DNA of 64,000 nucleotides from Alphaproteobacteria bacterium (lineage in GTDB: Bacteria; Pseudomonadota; Alphaproteobacteria; CALKHQ01): NCBI GenBank assembly GCA_965227515.1, contig CBDDFZ010000001.1, positions 2,304,001 through 2,368,000 of the forward strand, given 5' to 3'. The translations under genes and the position numbers were made by a program. This document shows positions 1-8,555 of the stretch, in pieces (within the stretch, counting starts at the first letter, position 1; every line of letters begins with the position of its first letter). The notes under the pieces are model-generated. The model had not been told where the DNA came from. It was given only the letters and a program-made list of their open reading frames with translations, and ran no database searches.

Positions 1-31
1 GCGGATCATGACCTTGCGGGCGTGCCCAGGC

Positions 32-646
32 TCAAATCCGTTCGCGGACCGCCGCGACCACGTCGTCGGTCCTGGTCGGATAGCCGAACCACTGCAGGAA
101 CCGTCCGTCCTCGTCCATCAGGAAGACGCCTGCGGTGTGGTTGATCAGGTAGTATTCCGGGTTCTGCTCGTTGGGCACCTGCTCGTACCAGACGCCATAG
201 GCATCGGCGAGCTCCTTCACCGCCTCCGGCGCGCCGGTCAGGCCGACGATGCGTTCGTCGAAGGTAGGCACATAGCTGTTCAGCAGTTCCGGCGTGTCGC
301 GCTCCGGATCGACGCTGACGAAGACCGGCTGAACCGCGTCCGCATCGTCGCCCAGGGCGTCTAGCACATTGTGCAGGTCCATCAGCGTGGTCGGGCAAAC
401 GTCGGGGCAATGGGTGAAGCCGAAGGTGATGAGCATCATGCGGCCGTGAAACGTTGCGTCGCTCACGGTCTCGCCGGTGTGGCTGGTCAGTGTAAACGGC
501 CCGCCGGGACCGTCGCCTTGGCCGCCGCCGGCGCTCTGAGGGTCATCGCCGGCGCCGATATCGAAGATGAAAGTCGCCGCCACACCGATGCCAAGGCCGA
601 TCAAGGCGGCCCCTAGAATCAGAGCGATCCTCTTTTGTGCCGGCAT
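32..646 (-). CDS. SCO1/SenC family copper chaperone
   Basis: N-terminal TM helix, FGFTHCPDVC CxxxC motif, VSVDPERDT, conserved His in INHT. Confidence 0.92.
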   Translation of the reverse strand: MPAQKRIALILGAALIGLGIGVAATFIFDIGAGDDPQSAGGGQGDGPGGPFTLTSHTGETVSDATFHGRMMLITFGFTHCPDVCPTTLMDLHNVLDALGDDADAVQPVFVSVDPERDTPELLNSYVPTFDERIVGLTGAPEAVKELADAYGVWYEQVPNEQNPEYYLINHTAGVFLMDEDGRFLQWFGYPTRTDDVVAAVRERI

Positions 647-899
647 GCATGTCTCCGTTTAGGTGCGGCCCGTCGTGCGCCCGCGCGATCCTATCGCCTG
701 CGCGCCCAAATAGGCGCGGGCGCCCGGTAATACTCAATCAAACATTCGTAGGTGCGACCGTCGGTCCCGGTGCGGTCGCCCTACAATATTTGCTTCCAGG
801 CTGTGCCAATCGGGCTTAGCCTTCGGCCGAGCCCGCTTGGGCGTGCAGGCAGTACGAGCTCGGCGCTCCGGCATGGGGCCTCATTGGGGGACAACCGAC

Positions 900-1769
900 A
901 TGACCGCACTCGACGCGGCGGAGACCTATTTCTCGGCCTGGCAGGCGCATGACGCCGACGCCATCCTCGCGAGCATGACGTCGGATGGCACCTACGCCGA
1001 CCCGCTGACAGGCGGCCCGATCTCCGGCGAGGGCCTGCGGACCTATATCGAGCCCCTGTTCGCGGCCTTCCCCGACCTGAACTTCGAAATCGTCAGCCAT
1101 GATGAGATTGGCGGTGGGCGTGTCGCGGCACGGTGGATCATGCGCGGCACCAACACGGGCTCTTTCCGGGGCCTGCCGCCGACCAGCCGCGCCATCGAGA
1201 ACCATGGCGCCGATTTCATGGAGACCGAGGGTGGCAAGGTGAAGTCGGTGGTCGGTTATTTCGATGCCGGGGTCGTGCCGCGCCAGCTCGGCCTGCAGGT
1301 GCTGGTCCAACCGGTCCAGGCGGGGCCGTTCAAGTTCGGTTCCAGCCTGTGCATACACACTGGCCGCACGGACAAGCCGGGCGCGTTCAGCATCACCCAG
1401 CTCGAAGCGTCCAGCGACGACCATGTGGAAAAGGTGCGTGAGCTCAGCCGGCCTTCGATGGTCGAAATGATGGACGCCGAGGGCTTCATCGGTGCCACCA
1501 CGGCCACTATTGGCCGGCGCATGGTCACGATCTCGGCGTGGACCGACCCGGAAGCGCCACAGCGCTATATGGCTGAGGGCACTCACGCGAAGGCGATGAA
1601 GACATTCTATGCAGGCGATCTGGCTGACAGCGGCTACACCAGCGCCTGGGTGCCGCAGCGCATCAACAGCTATTGGGTGCGTTGCGACGCGTGCGGGAAA
1701 ATGGCGGACCATGCTGCCGGCACGTGTGGCTGCGGGGCGGCGCTGCCGGAGCCGCCGCCCTACTGGTAG
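900..1769 (+). CDS. SnoaL/ester cyclase-like (NTF2) domain fused to an ABM-like ferredoxin-fold domain and a C-terminal Cys4 zinc ribbon
   Basis: ATG at 900 after GGGGA; AWQAHD...AAFPDLNFEI...RWIMRGTNTG NTF2 pattern; TISAWTDPEA...GTHAKAM; CDAC...CGC. Confidence 0.7.
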   Translation: MTALDAAETYFSAWQAHDADAILASMTSDGTYADPLTGGPISGEGLRTYIEPLFAAFPDLNFEIVSHDEIGGGRVAARWIMRGTNTGSFRGLPPTSRAIENHGADFMETEGGKVKSVVGYFDAGVVPRQLGLQVLVQPVQAGPFKFGSSLCIHTGRTDKPGAFSITQLEASSDDHVEKVRELSRPSMVEMMDAEGFIGATTATIGRRMVTISAWTDPEAPQRYMAEGTHAKAMKTFYAGDLADSGYTSAWVPQRINSYWVRCDACGKMADHAAGTCGCGAALPEPPPYW

Positions 1770-1817
1770 CCCTTTGGCCGGCCGCCCTACTGGTAGCCCT
1801 TTGGCCGGCCGCCCTAC
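1754..1817. repeat. 27-bp tandem repeat, about 2.4 copies, at a convergent gene junction
   Basis: GCCGCCCTACTGGTAGCCCTTTGGCCG at 1754-1780 and 1781-1807, partial copy at 1808-1817. Confidence 0.95.
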
Positions 1818-3268
1818 ACCCCGGCCATGCACATGTATTTGACCTCGACGAACTCATCGAGGCCGTAGTGCGACCCTTCGCGGCCGAGGCCGCTTTCCTT
1901 GTAGCCGCCGAACGGCGCGATCTCGGTCGAGATCACACCGGCGTTGATGCCGATCAGGCCGTATTCCAGCGCCTCGCCGACCCGCCAGCAGCGGCCGACG
2001 TCGCGCGAATAGAAATAGGCCGCGAGCCCGAACTCGGTGTCGTTGGCCATGCGGATCGCCTCGTCCTCGCCGGTGAAGCGGAACACCGGGGCCAGCGGAC
2101 CGAACGTCTCCTCGGTCGAAACCTTCATGTCCGACGTGACGTCGGCGACCAGGGTCGGCTGGAAGTACGACCCGCCGAGCTCGTGGCGGCTGCCGCCGAC
2201 CACAACGCGGGCGCCATGGCTGACCGCGTCCTGGATATGCTCCTCCACCTTCTCCACGGCGGCCATGTCGATCAGCGGGCCGGTGGTGATGCCGTCGTCC
2301 ATCCCGTTGCCGACCTTGAGGTTCGCCTCCACCGCCTTGGCAAGCTTCTCGGTGAACGCGTCATAGACGCCGTCCTGCACCAGGATGCGGTTGGCGCACA
2401 CGCAGGTCTGGCCGGTGTTGCGGAACTTGGAGGCCATCGCGCCCTCGACCGCGGCGTCGATGTCGGCATCGTCGAACACGATGAAGGGCGCGTTGCCGCC
2501 CAGCTCCATCGACACCTTCTTCACCGTGCCGGCGCACTGCTCGATCAGGGTCTTGCCGACGGATGTGGACCCGGTGAACGACAGCTTGCGCACGATGGGG
2601 TTGCCGGTCAGCTCGCCGCCGACATCGCGCGACCCGCCGGTGACCACGTTGAACACGCCGGCAGGAATGCCGGCGCGGGCGGCCAATTCCGCCAGCGCCA
2701 GCGCGCAATACGGCGTGGCCGATGCGGGCTTCACCACCACCGGGCAGCCGGCGGCCAGCGCCGGCGCGCACTTGCGGGTGATCATGGCGATCGGGAAGTT
2801 CCATGGCGTGATCGCCGCGACCACGCCCACCGGTTCCTTGACCACGACGATGCGCCGGTCGGGCGCATAGGTCGGGATCATGTCGCCGTACATGCGCTTG
2901 CCTTCCTCGGCGAACCATTCGACGAACGAGGCGCCATAGACGACCTCGCCCTTGGACTCCGCCAGCGGCTTGCCCTGCTCGGCGGTCATCAGCTTGGCCA
3001 GGTCCTCGGTGTTCTCCAGGATCAGGTCGTTCCATTTCCGCAGCAGGCCTGCGCGTTCCTTGGCGGTCTTCTTGCGCCAGGCGGGCCAGGCGTTGCCCGC
3101 GGCCTCGATGGCGCGGCGGGTCTCGTCGCGGCCCACCTTCGGCACCGTGCCCAATGTCGCGCCGCTGGCCGGATTGGTCACCTCGATGGTGTCGCCGCTG
3201 TCGGCGTCGATCCATTGGCCATCGACGTAGCATTGCTGGCGGAACAGGGATGAATCGTTGAGCTGCAT
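1814..3268 (-). CDS. gabD: NAD(P)-dependent succinate-semialdehyde dehydrogenase
   Basis: ITPWNFP, FTGST, SMELGGNAP, NTGQTCVC catalytic Cys, EETFGP, PFGGYKESG. Confidence 0.93.
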   Translation of the reverse strand: MQLNDSSLFRQQCYVDGQWIDADSGDTIEVTNPASGATLGTVPKVGRDETRRAIEAAGNAWPAWRKKTAKERAGLLRKWNDLILENTEDLAKLMTAEQGKPLAESKGEVVYGASFVEWFAEEGKRMYGDMIPTYAPDRRIVVVKEPVGVVAAITPWNFPIAMITRKCAPALAAGCPVVVKPASATPYCALALAELAARAGIPAGVFNVVTGGSRDVGGELTGNPIVRKLSFTGSTSVGKTLIEQCAGTVKKVSMELGGNAPFIVFDDADIDAAVEGAMASKFRNTGQTCVCANRILVQDGVYDAFTEKLAKAVEANLKVGNGMDDGITTGPLIDMAAVEKVEEHIQDAVSHGARVVVGGSRHELGGSYFQPTLVADVTSDMKVSTEETFGPLAPVFRFTGEDEAIRMANDTEFGLAAYFYSRDVGRCWRVGEALEYGLIGINAGVISTEIAPFGGYKESGLGREGSHYGLDEFVEVKYMCMAGV

Positions 3269-3364
3269 CGGTCGGTCCTCCGGGGTGGGCTTGTTGGCTG
3301 TGAGTATAACGCTTGGACCGGGGCGGACGTTGCGACACTTGCACCATCGGGATTGGTGCGGCGC

Positions 3365-4249
3365 TCACATCAGGCCCAGGATCCACGCCTCCTCGCTCTC
3401 AATTGCGCCGCGTTGTGTGGCGGTCAAGGCCGGCGGCCCGGCAAACAGCGGCGCCAGCGCATCGTCGGCATCCATCGCCGCGAGTGCGGTGGCAGTGGTG
3501 CGCACCTGCGTCGCATCCTTCACCTCGTCCGCGCGCGCCGCGATCGGGAACAGCGAGGGATAGACTTCGGCCAGCACGATGCAGGGCCGTCCCGGTGCCG
3601 TCGACGGCGGCCCGAGACCGGTCTCGAACGGCCAGACACGCGCATGGCCGGACAGCGCCGGGTCGTCGCGCAACGCACGCACCACGGGCAGGCCCATCAG
3701 TGCTTGGCTGCCGACGCTGCCGGTCGTATAGAGCTTCCACACCGGCTGCGGCCCGCGCACCCAGGTGTCGGCCGTGCGGTGCTCGGCGAGCGGGCTGGCC
3801 TCGGCCGCCGGCTTGCGCATCGGCAGGTCGGGCAGGGTGGTCAGCGTGATCGGGCGGCCCCAGAACGGCGCGGCACCGCCGCTGATTCGCCGGTTCAGGT
3901 CGGCCGCCACCGCAAACCGGTTGTTGGCGTTGTCGGGCGCGTCCTCGATGGCATCGGCGATCTCATCCCACACCGCGCGCCAGGGCGGTCCGGACAGGCC
4001 CAGCACCCCGGCAAGCCCGGCCGGGTAGCCGAACGGGAAGTCGAAGCCGACCAGCACCCGGCGGCGGGCGGCCACCGCATCCGCCAGCATGGCGCGCAAA
4101 TGGGCAAGGGCCGCCGCGCGCGTGGGCAGGTTGAGCGGCGGCACGGTCGCTGCGGGGCCGGCACCGGCGATCCAGATGCTGTCGGCCCCCAATTTGGGCT
4201 TGCTGTTGGCACTCCAGTCGACGATCAGGAGCAGGTCGAAGAGGGGCAT
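3365..4249 (-). CDS. DUF429-like predicted RNase H-fold protein
   Basis: IVDWS, VGFDFPFGYP, AEVYP acidic motifs and a C-terminal EAWIL, as in DUF429-type proteins. Confidence 0.6.
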   Translation of the reverse strand: MPLFDLLLIVDWSANSKPKLGADSIWIAGAGPAATVPPLNLPTRAAALAHLRAMLADAVAARRRVLVGFDFPFGYPAGLAGVLGLSGPPWRAVWDEIADAIEDAPDNANNRFAVAADLNRRISGGAAPFWGRPITLTTLPDLPMRKPAAEASPLAEHRTADTWVRGPQPVWKLYTTGSVGSQALMGLPVVRALRDDPALSGHARVWPFETGLGPPSTAPGRPCIVLAEVYPSLFPIAARADEVKDATQVRTTATALAAMDADDALAPLFAGPPALTATQRGAIESEEAWILGLM

Positions 4250-4333
4250 CGGCTCGGCTAAGTCCGGGCAAATGCCGCAAAAAACGACCGGCCAGGGTGA
4301 TGTGCGTCGTGGTTCGCCATATAATTGCCGCTT

Positions 4334-4625
4334 CTAGCAGGCTATTGAGAAACTCCGAAGAGGCTGCGAAGCATGAATGTTTCGTCGAGGACAGCGGCGC
4401 GGACGGCGACGTGGTGGTGGACTACCACGAGCCGTTCGCGACGCTGTCAGTCGCGAAATATTCAGCTTCCCGAAAGGGTTACGGTCTGATTGCGGTCCTG
4501 GTTCGTTGTGCCGGCTCACCGATGCATCCAGCATCGCCTTCGCCCAGTGGTCCTTGGGCACGCCTGCCATTCCCGCAATCGGACCGGTAACGCAGTCCTT
4601 CCGGAGTTTTTCAACAGCCTGCTAG
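4334..4625. mobile_element. MITE or internally deleted IS (IS5/IS1182-like ends), no transposase
   Basis: 20-bp terminal inverted repeats CAGGCTATTGAGAAACTCCG (4338-4357) and CGGAGTTTTTCAACAGCCTG (4602-4621), 2 mismatches, flanked by CTAG on both sides. Confidence 0.8.
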
Positions 4626-4707
4626 CCCCTATATTGCATAACGTCACGTCTGTGTTGCACACCGCCGGTCAGGCGGCACGCCCAGCCCGATTACACGGAG
4701 AAGCGCG

Positions 4708-6474
4708 TTGACAAAGCAAGCGCCGCACATTCCAAGCCCGTCCGCAACCTCACGCTGCGCCGCCGTTCTGGCACTGGCGCTCGCCGGAGGCACGGTTGCG
4801 GCTGTACCGCCATCCGCCCTTGCCGTGGACTATGTGCAAAGCACGCCGCTGGCCGAACGCCTGGAAGGCTCAGTGCGCGATTGCCGTGGCGGCGACGAGT
4901 TGCAAGTGCCCCTGATCACCTGGGGCGCCGACATCCCGACCATTCATGCAAACGGCAATGGCGTCCGGACCCAGGACGGCAGCCTTTTCGACGCCGCCGG
5001 GCTGGAGGTCGAGTTGGTCCGCCAGGACAATTTCGTCGAGCAGGTCGAGGCCTATCTGCGCTGCGATTCGCCATTCCTGCGCGCGACGCTGGGCATGGTC
5101 GGCATGGTGTCCGATCTGGCCCAGGCCGATCCGCGCACCGAAATGGTGGTGATCTATCAGTTGAGCTGGTCGAACGGCGGCGACGCCCTGGTTGTCGACG
5201 AAGGCATCAACAAGCCGGAGGATCTGGCCGGACACACTATCGCGGTCCAGGCCTACGGCCCGCACGTCGACTACCTGTTGACGGTGGTCTCCGACGCCGG
5301 GCTCGGCGCGGACGACATCTCCATCGTCTGGGTCGAGGATCTGGTCGGCTTTTCCGGCAATACGCCCGCGGCGGCGTTCCAGTCCGACGACAGTGTCGAT
5401 GCGGCGATGGTGATCATTCCCGATGCGCTGGCGCTGACCAGCGGCGGCAATGTCGGCACCGGTTCGGAAGACAGCGTGCAGGGCGCTGAAATCCTGCTCT
5501 CCACCCGCAGCGCCAGCCGCGTCATCTCCGACGTCTATGTCGTGCGCCGCGACTTTCTGGAGGACAACCGCGACGTGGTCGAAGCCTTCGTCGCCAGCCT
5601 GATGAAGGCGGAGGAGGAGACCCGCGGCATCGTCAGTGCCGGCGGTGCGGAGGAAGAGGCGCTGATGCGGGCCGGGGCGGAGATCCTGCTCGATACCGAC
5701 GTCGCGATCGAGGATGCGCGCGCCTTGTGGCTGGACGCCGAGACCGTCGGCTGGGTCGGCAATGTGCGCTTCTTCGGCGATCCCAACTACCCGCGCAATT
5801 TGGAAGCGCTGAATGGCGAGATCCAGTCGCACCTGGTCAATCTGGGCATGCTGGAGACCAGCCACGCCCTGGACCACCCGCGCTGGGACTACGAGGCCCT
5901 GTCGGTCGGCCTGAGCGATACCGACGGCGTCGAGGTGCCGCGTTTCGACACCGACGCGCTGGCCCAGGTGGTGAGCCAGATGCAGGCGCAGGGCACCATC
6001 GGCGAGGGCACGCTGTTCTCGTTCGAGGTGTTCTTCCGGCCGAACCAAGACCAGTTCCCGCTGGAGGTCTACCAGGAGCAGTTCGAGCGGGTGATCGAGC
6101 TTGCCTCGACCTATGCCGGTGCGGTGATCACGGTTGAGGGCCACGCCGACCCGCTGGGCTATCTGCGCGCCAAGCAGGAAGGCCAGAGCCAGGTGGTGCT
6201 GAACCGGATGATCCAGAGTGCCCGCAACCTGAGCCTGCAGCGCGCCAATTCGGTGCGCGACAGCATCGTTCAGTTGGCCGAGGCGAACGGCATCTACCTG
6301 GACCGGTCGCAGTTCGTCACCGTCGGCATGGGCTTCCAGGACCCGAACACCGGCTTGTGTGGGCAGGACCCGTGCGCGCCGCAGACCGAGGAAGAATGGC
6401 TGTCGAACATGCGGGTGGTGTTCAACATCATCCAGGTCGAGGCCGAGGCGACGGTATTCTCGCCGCTGAATTGA
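4708..6474 (+). CDS. NMT1/SsuA-like periplasmic solute-binding protein fused to a C-terminal OmpA-like peptidoglycan-binding domain
   Basis: Signal peptide; SWSNGGDALVV...EDLAGHTIAV SBP motif; ITVEGHAD...NLSLQRANSVR OmpA motif; TTG start after GGAG. Confidence 0.75.
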   Translation: MTKQAPHIPSPSATSRCAAVLALALAGGTVAAVPPSALAVDYVQSTPLAERLEGSVRDCRGGDELQVPLITWGADIPTIHANGNGVRTQDGSLFDAAGLEVELVRQDNFVEQVEAYLRCDSPFLRATLGMVGMVSDLAQADPRTEMVVIYQLSWSNGGDALVVDEGINKPEDLAGHTIAVQAYGPHVDYLLTVVSDAGLGADDISIVWVEDLVGFSGNTPAAAFQSDDSVDAAMVIIPDALALTSGGNVGTGSEDSVQGAEILLSTRSASRVISDVYVVRRDFLEDNRDVVEAFVASLMKAEEETRGIVSAGGAEEEALMRAGAEILLDTDVAIEDARALWLDAETVGWVGNVRFFGDPNYPRNLEALNGEIQSHLVNLGMLETSHALDHPRWDYEALSVGLSDTDGVEVPRFDTDALAQVVSQMQAQGTIGEGTLFSFEVFFRPNQDQFPLEVYQEQFERVIELASTYAGAVITVEGHADPLGYLRAKQEGQSQVVLNRMIQSARNLSLQRANSVRDSIVQLAEANGIYLDRSQFVTVGMGFQDPNTGLCGQDPCAPQTEEEWLSNMRVVFNIIQVEAEATVFSPLN

Positions 6475-6548
6475 GTGCCGTGAGCCGTGCCCGGCGGTGC
6501 CCGGGTTCGTTCGAACAACGCTGTACCTCTCTGACTGAGGAGGTTTGA

Positions 6549-7394
6549 ATGGCGACTTCCCGACGACGCCCGCCGCCACGCCGGCAGGGCGCCAGCAAAC
6601 CCAAGGGCGGCATCGTGCCGATCGCGCTTGGGGCAGTGGCGGTCATCGCCATCTACGTGTTCTTCCAGGACGATGGCGGCAGCGGGGGCGGCTCGTCCTC
6701 CAGCAACCAGGCGCTGCGGGACATTCCGGCACCGTCCCTGGCTTCCTATGCGAGCTGGGGGGCGGCAGCCCAGGACGACGACAGCGACGCGGCGCCGGTG
6801 CTGGAGGCCAGCCTGCTGCGGACCAACTACTACGTGGTCTACGACGGCTCCGGCTCGATGGGCGAGAGCCGGTGTTCCGGCGACCTGACCAAGGAACAGG
6901 CGGCCAAGCAGGCGCTCGAAGCCTTTGCGGCGGCGGTGCCGGCCGATGCGAATCTGGGGCTGCTGGCGTTCGACAGCGCCGGCGTCACCGAGCGCGTGCC
7001 GCTCGGCATCGACAACCGCGAGGACTTCAATGCCGCCTTGCAGCGGGTGCGGTCGGACAGTGAAACCCCGCTCGGCCAGGCGATCGGGCTCGCCTACCAG
7101 CGGCTGCTGGACCAGGCGCAGCGCCAGCTCGGCTATGGCGAGTACAATCTGGTCGTGGTCACCGATGGCGAGGCGTCGGACATCAACACCATGAACACCA
7201 ACGTGCGCAACATCCTCAGCGGCACGCCCATCACCATCCACACCATCGGCTTTTGCATCGACGAGAGCCATGCGCTCAACCTGCCGGAGCACACGTTCTA
7301 CCGATCGGCGATGGCGCCGGAAGAGTTGCTGACCGGCCTGGAAGCGGTCCTGGCCGAAAGCCCGGACTTCCAGGTCACCGATTTCGAATCCTAG
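6549..7394 (+). CDS. Membrane-anchored von Willebrand factor A domain protein
   Basis: GAGGAGG RBS; one N-terminal TM helix; intact MIDAS DGSGS, ETPL, VVTDG. Confidence 0.85.
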   Translation: MATSRRRPPPRRQGASKPKGGIVPIALGAVAVIAIYVFFQDDGGSGGGSSSSNQALRDIPAPSLASYASWGAAAQDDDSDAAPVLEASLLRTNYYVVYDGSGSMGESRCSGDLTKEQAAKQALEAFAAAVPADANLGLLAFDSAGVTERVPLGIDNREDFNAALQRVRSDSETPLGQAIGLAYQRLLDQAQRQLGYGEYNLVVVTDGEASDINTMNTNVRNILSGTPITIHTIGFCIDESHALNLPEHTFYRSAMAPEELLTGLEAVLAESPDFQVTDFES

Positions 7395-7406
7395 GCCCGG
7401 GTTGCC

Positions 7407-7847
7407 ATGCGTCGACTGAAACTGAAGCAGTATATCGGGCTCGCCATCCTGGCCGCGGTCGTGGCGGTGGTCGCGGTGCAGTCCTACCTGACGGTCGCCA
7501 GTTTCGAGCAGTCGTGGCGCATCAGCTTCGTGCGCGGCGCCGAACTGCCCGACAGCAGCGGCACCACCATCGACGAGATCGCGGCGATATTGGCCGGCGA
7601 CGAGGACCTGGTGGTGACCATCGAGGGGCACACCGGCACCCGTGGCGACGCCGATGCCAACATGACGCTGAGCGAGGACCGGGCGGACGTGGTGCGCGAT
7701 GCCCTGGTCGACGAAGGCGTGGCGCCGGAGCGCATTCTGGTCGAGGCCCATGGCGCCGAGGAGCCGTTGCCGCAGTTGGACAACGAGGCTGACCGTGCCT
7801 ACCAGATGCGGCTCAGCCGCGTCGATGTCCTGGTGGCCGAACCCTGA
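7407..7847 (+). CDS. Small membrane-anchored OmpA/MotB-family protein
   Basis: N-terminal TM helix; IEGHTG...NMTLSEDRADVVR...HGAEEP...RVDV. Confidence 0.85.
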   Translation: MRRLKLKQYIGLAILAAVVAVVAVQSYLTVASFEQSWRISFVRGAELPDSSGTTIDEIAAILAGDEDLVVTIEGHTGTRGDADANMTLSEDRADVVRDALVDEGVAPERILVEAHGAEEPLPQLDNEADRAYQMRLSRVDVLVAEP

Positions 7848-7853
7848 TCGGCC

Positions 7854-8555
7854 ATGCCCCGCAACGCACAACTCCACTGGCGGCACTGGAATCCCGGCCT
7901 CGACAATGACCACTGGACCTTGGGCGAGGTGCTGGGCACCTTGCCGGGCGCGGAGGCGGTGGAGATTCCGTGGATCATCCGGGTGCTGGAGAACCCGTCG
8001 TCCTGGGTCGCCCTGCCCGGCGCCATCACGCTGGCACGCCATGACGCCATCCATGTGCTGCTGGGGCGCGGGCTGACGGTGCAGGACGAGGCCTTCGTCA
8101 TCGGTTTCACCATGGGGGCGACCAAACGGCTGCGGCGCTGGCAGCGGAAGTTTTTTGCCTGGGCGTCATCCCGGCTCTATCCCAAGGTCTACCGCTTCTC
8201 CGAGAAGGACCTGATCGTCTACGAGATGGGCGTCAACGCGGCCGAGCAGATGCGCGCCAAGGACCTGCAGGACTTCCCGTTCGAGGACCATCAGGGCGAC
8301 ACGCTGCGCGACCTGCGCCAGAGCCTGGGCATCGACCCGCATCGCCTGCGCGCCTACTACGCCAAGGAGCGGCTGGTGCGGCCGGTCAGCAAGACCTCCA
8401 AGCGGCTGGATACGGACTTCGGCGGCCTGGACGCCACCGACATCCGCCCGCCGGAGGGCGAGGCATCGACATGGAAGCGTGCGCCCAAGAAGAAGGCGGC
8501 GTCATCCGCGCCCGCGGACATTGGCTCCAGCGAGACAACGGGGGGCTCGTCATGA
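7854..8555 (+). CDS. Hypothetical protein with a Coq4-like HDxxH(x11)E metal-binding motif
   Basis: RHDAIHVLLGRGLTVQDEAFVIGF and downstream FPFE...LRDLRQSLGI resemble Coq4-family motifs. Confidence 0.55.
   Translation: MPRNAQLHWRHWNPGLDNDHWTLGEVLGTLPGAEAVEIPWIIRVLENPSSWVALPGAITLARHDAIHVLLGRGLTVQDEAFVIGFTMGATKRLRRWQRKFFAWASSRLYPKVYRFSEKDLIVYEMGVNAAEQMRAKDLQDFPFEDHQGDTLRDLRQSLGIDPHRLRAYYAKERLVRPVSKTSKRLDTDFGGLDATDIRPPEGEASTWKRAPKKKAASSAPADIGSSETTGGSS

Noticed and set aside
1754-1817. 27-bp repeats as a mini CRISPR array
   Set aside because: The copies are directly adjacent with no spacers, and no cas genes are present.
4626-4707. Sigma-54 promoter before the envelope operon
   Set aside because: TTGCA is present, but the -24 GG element at the required spacing is missing.
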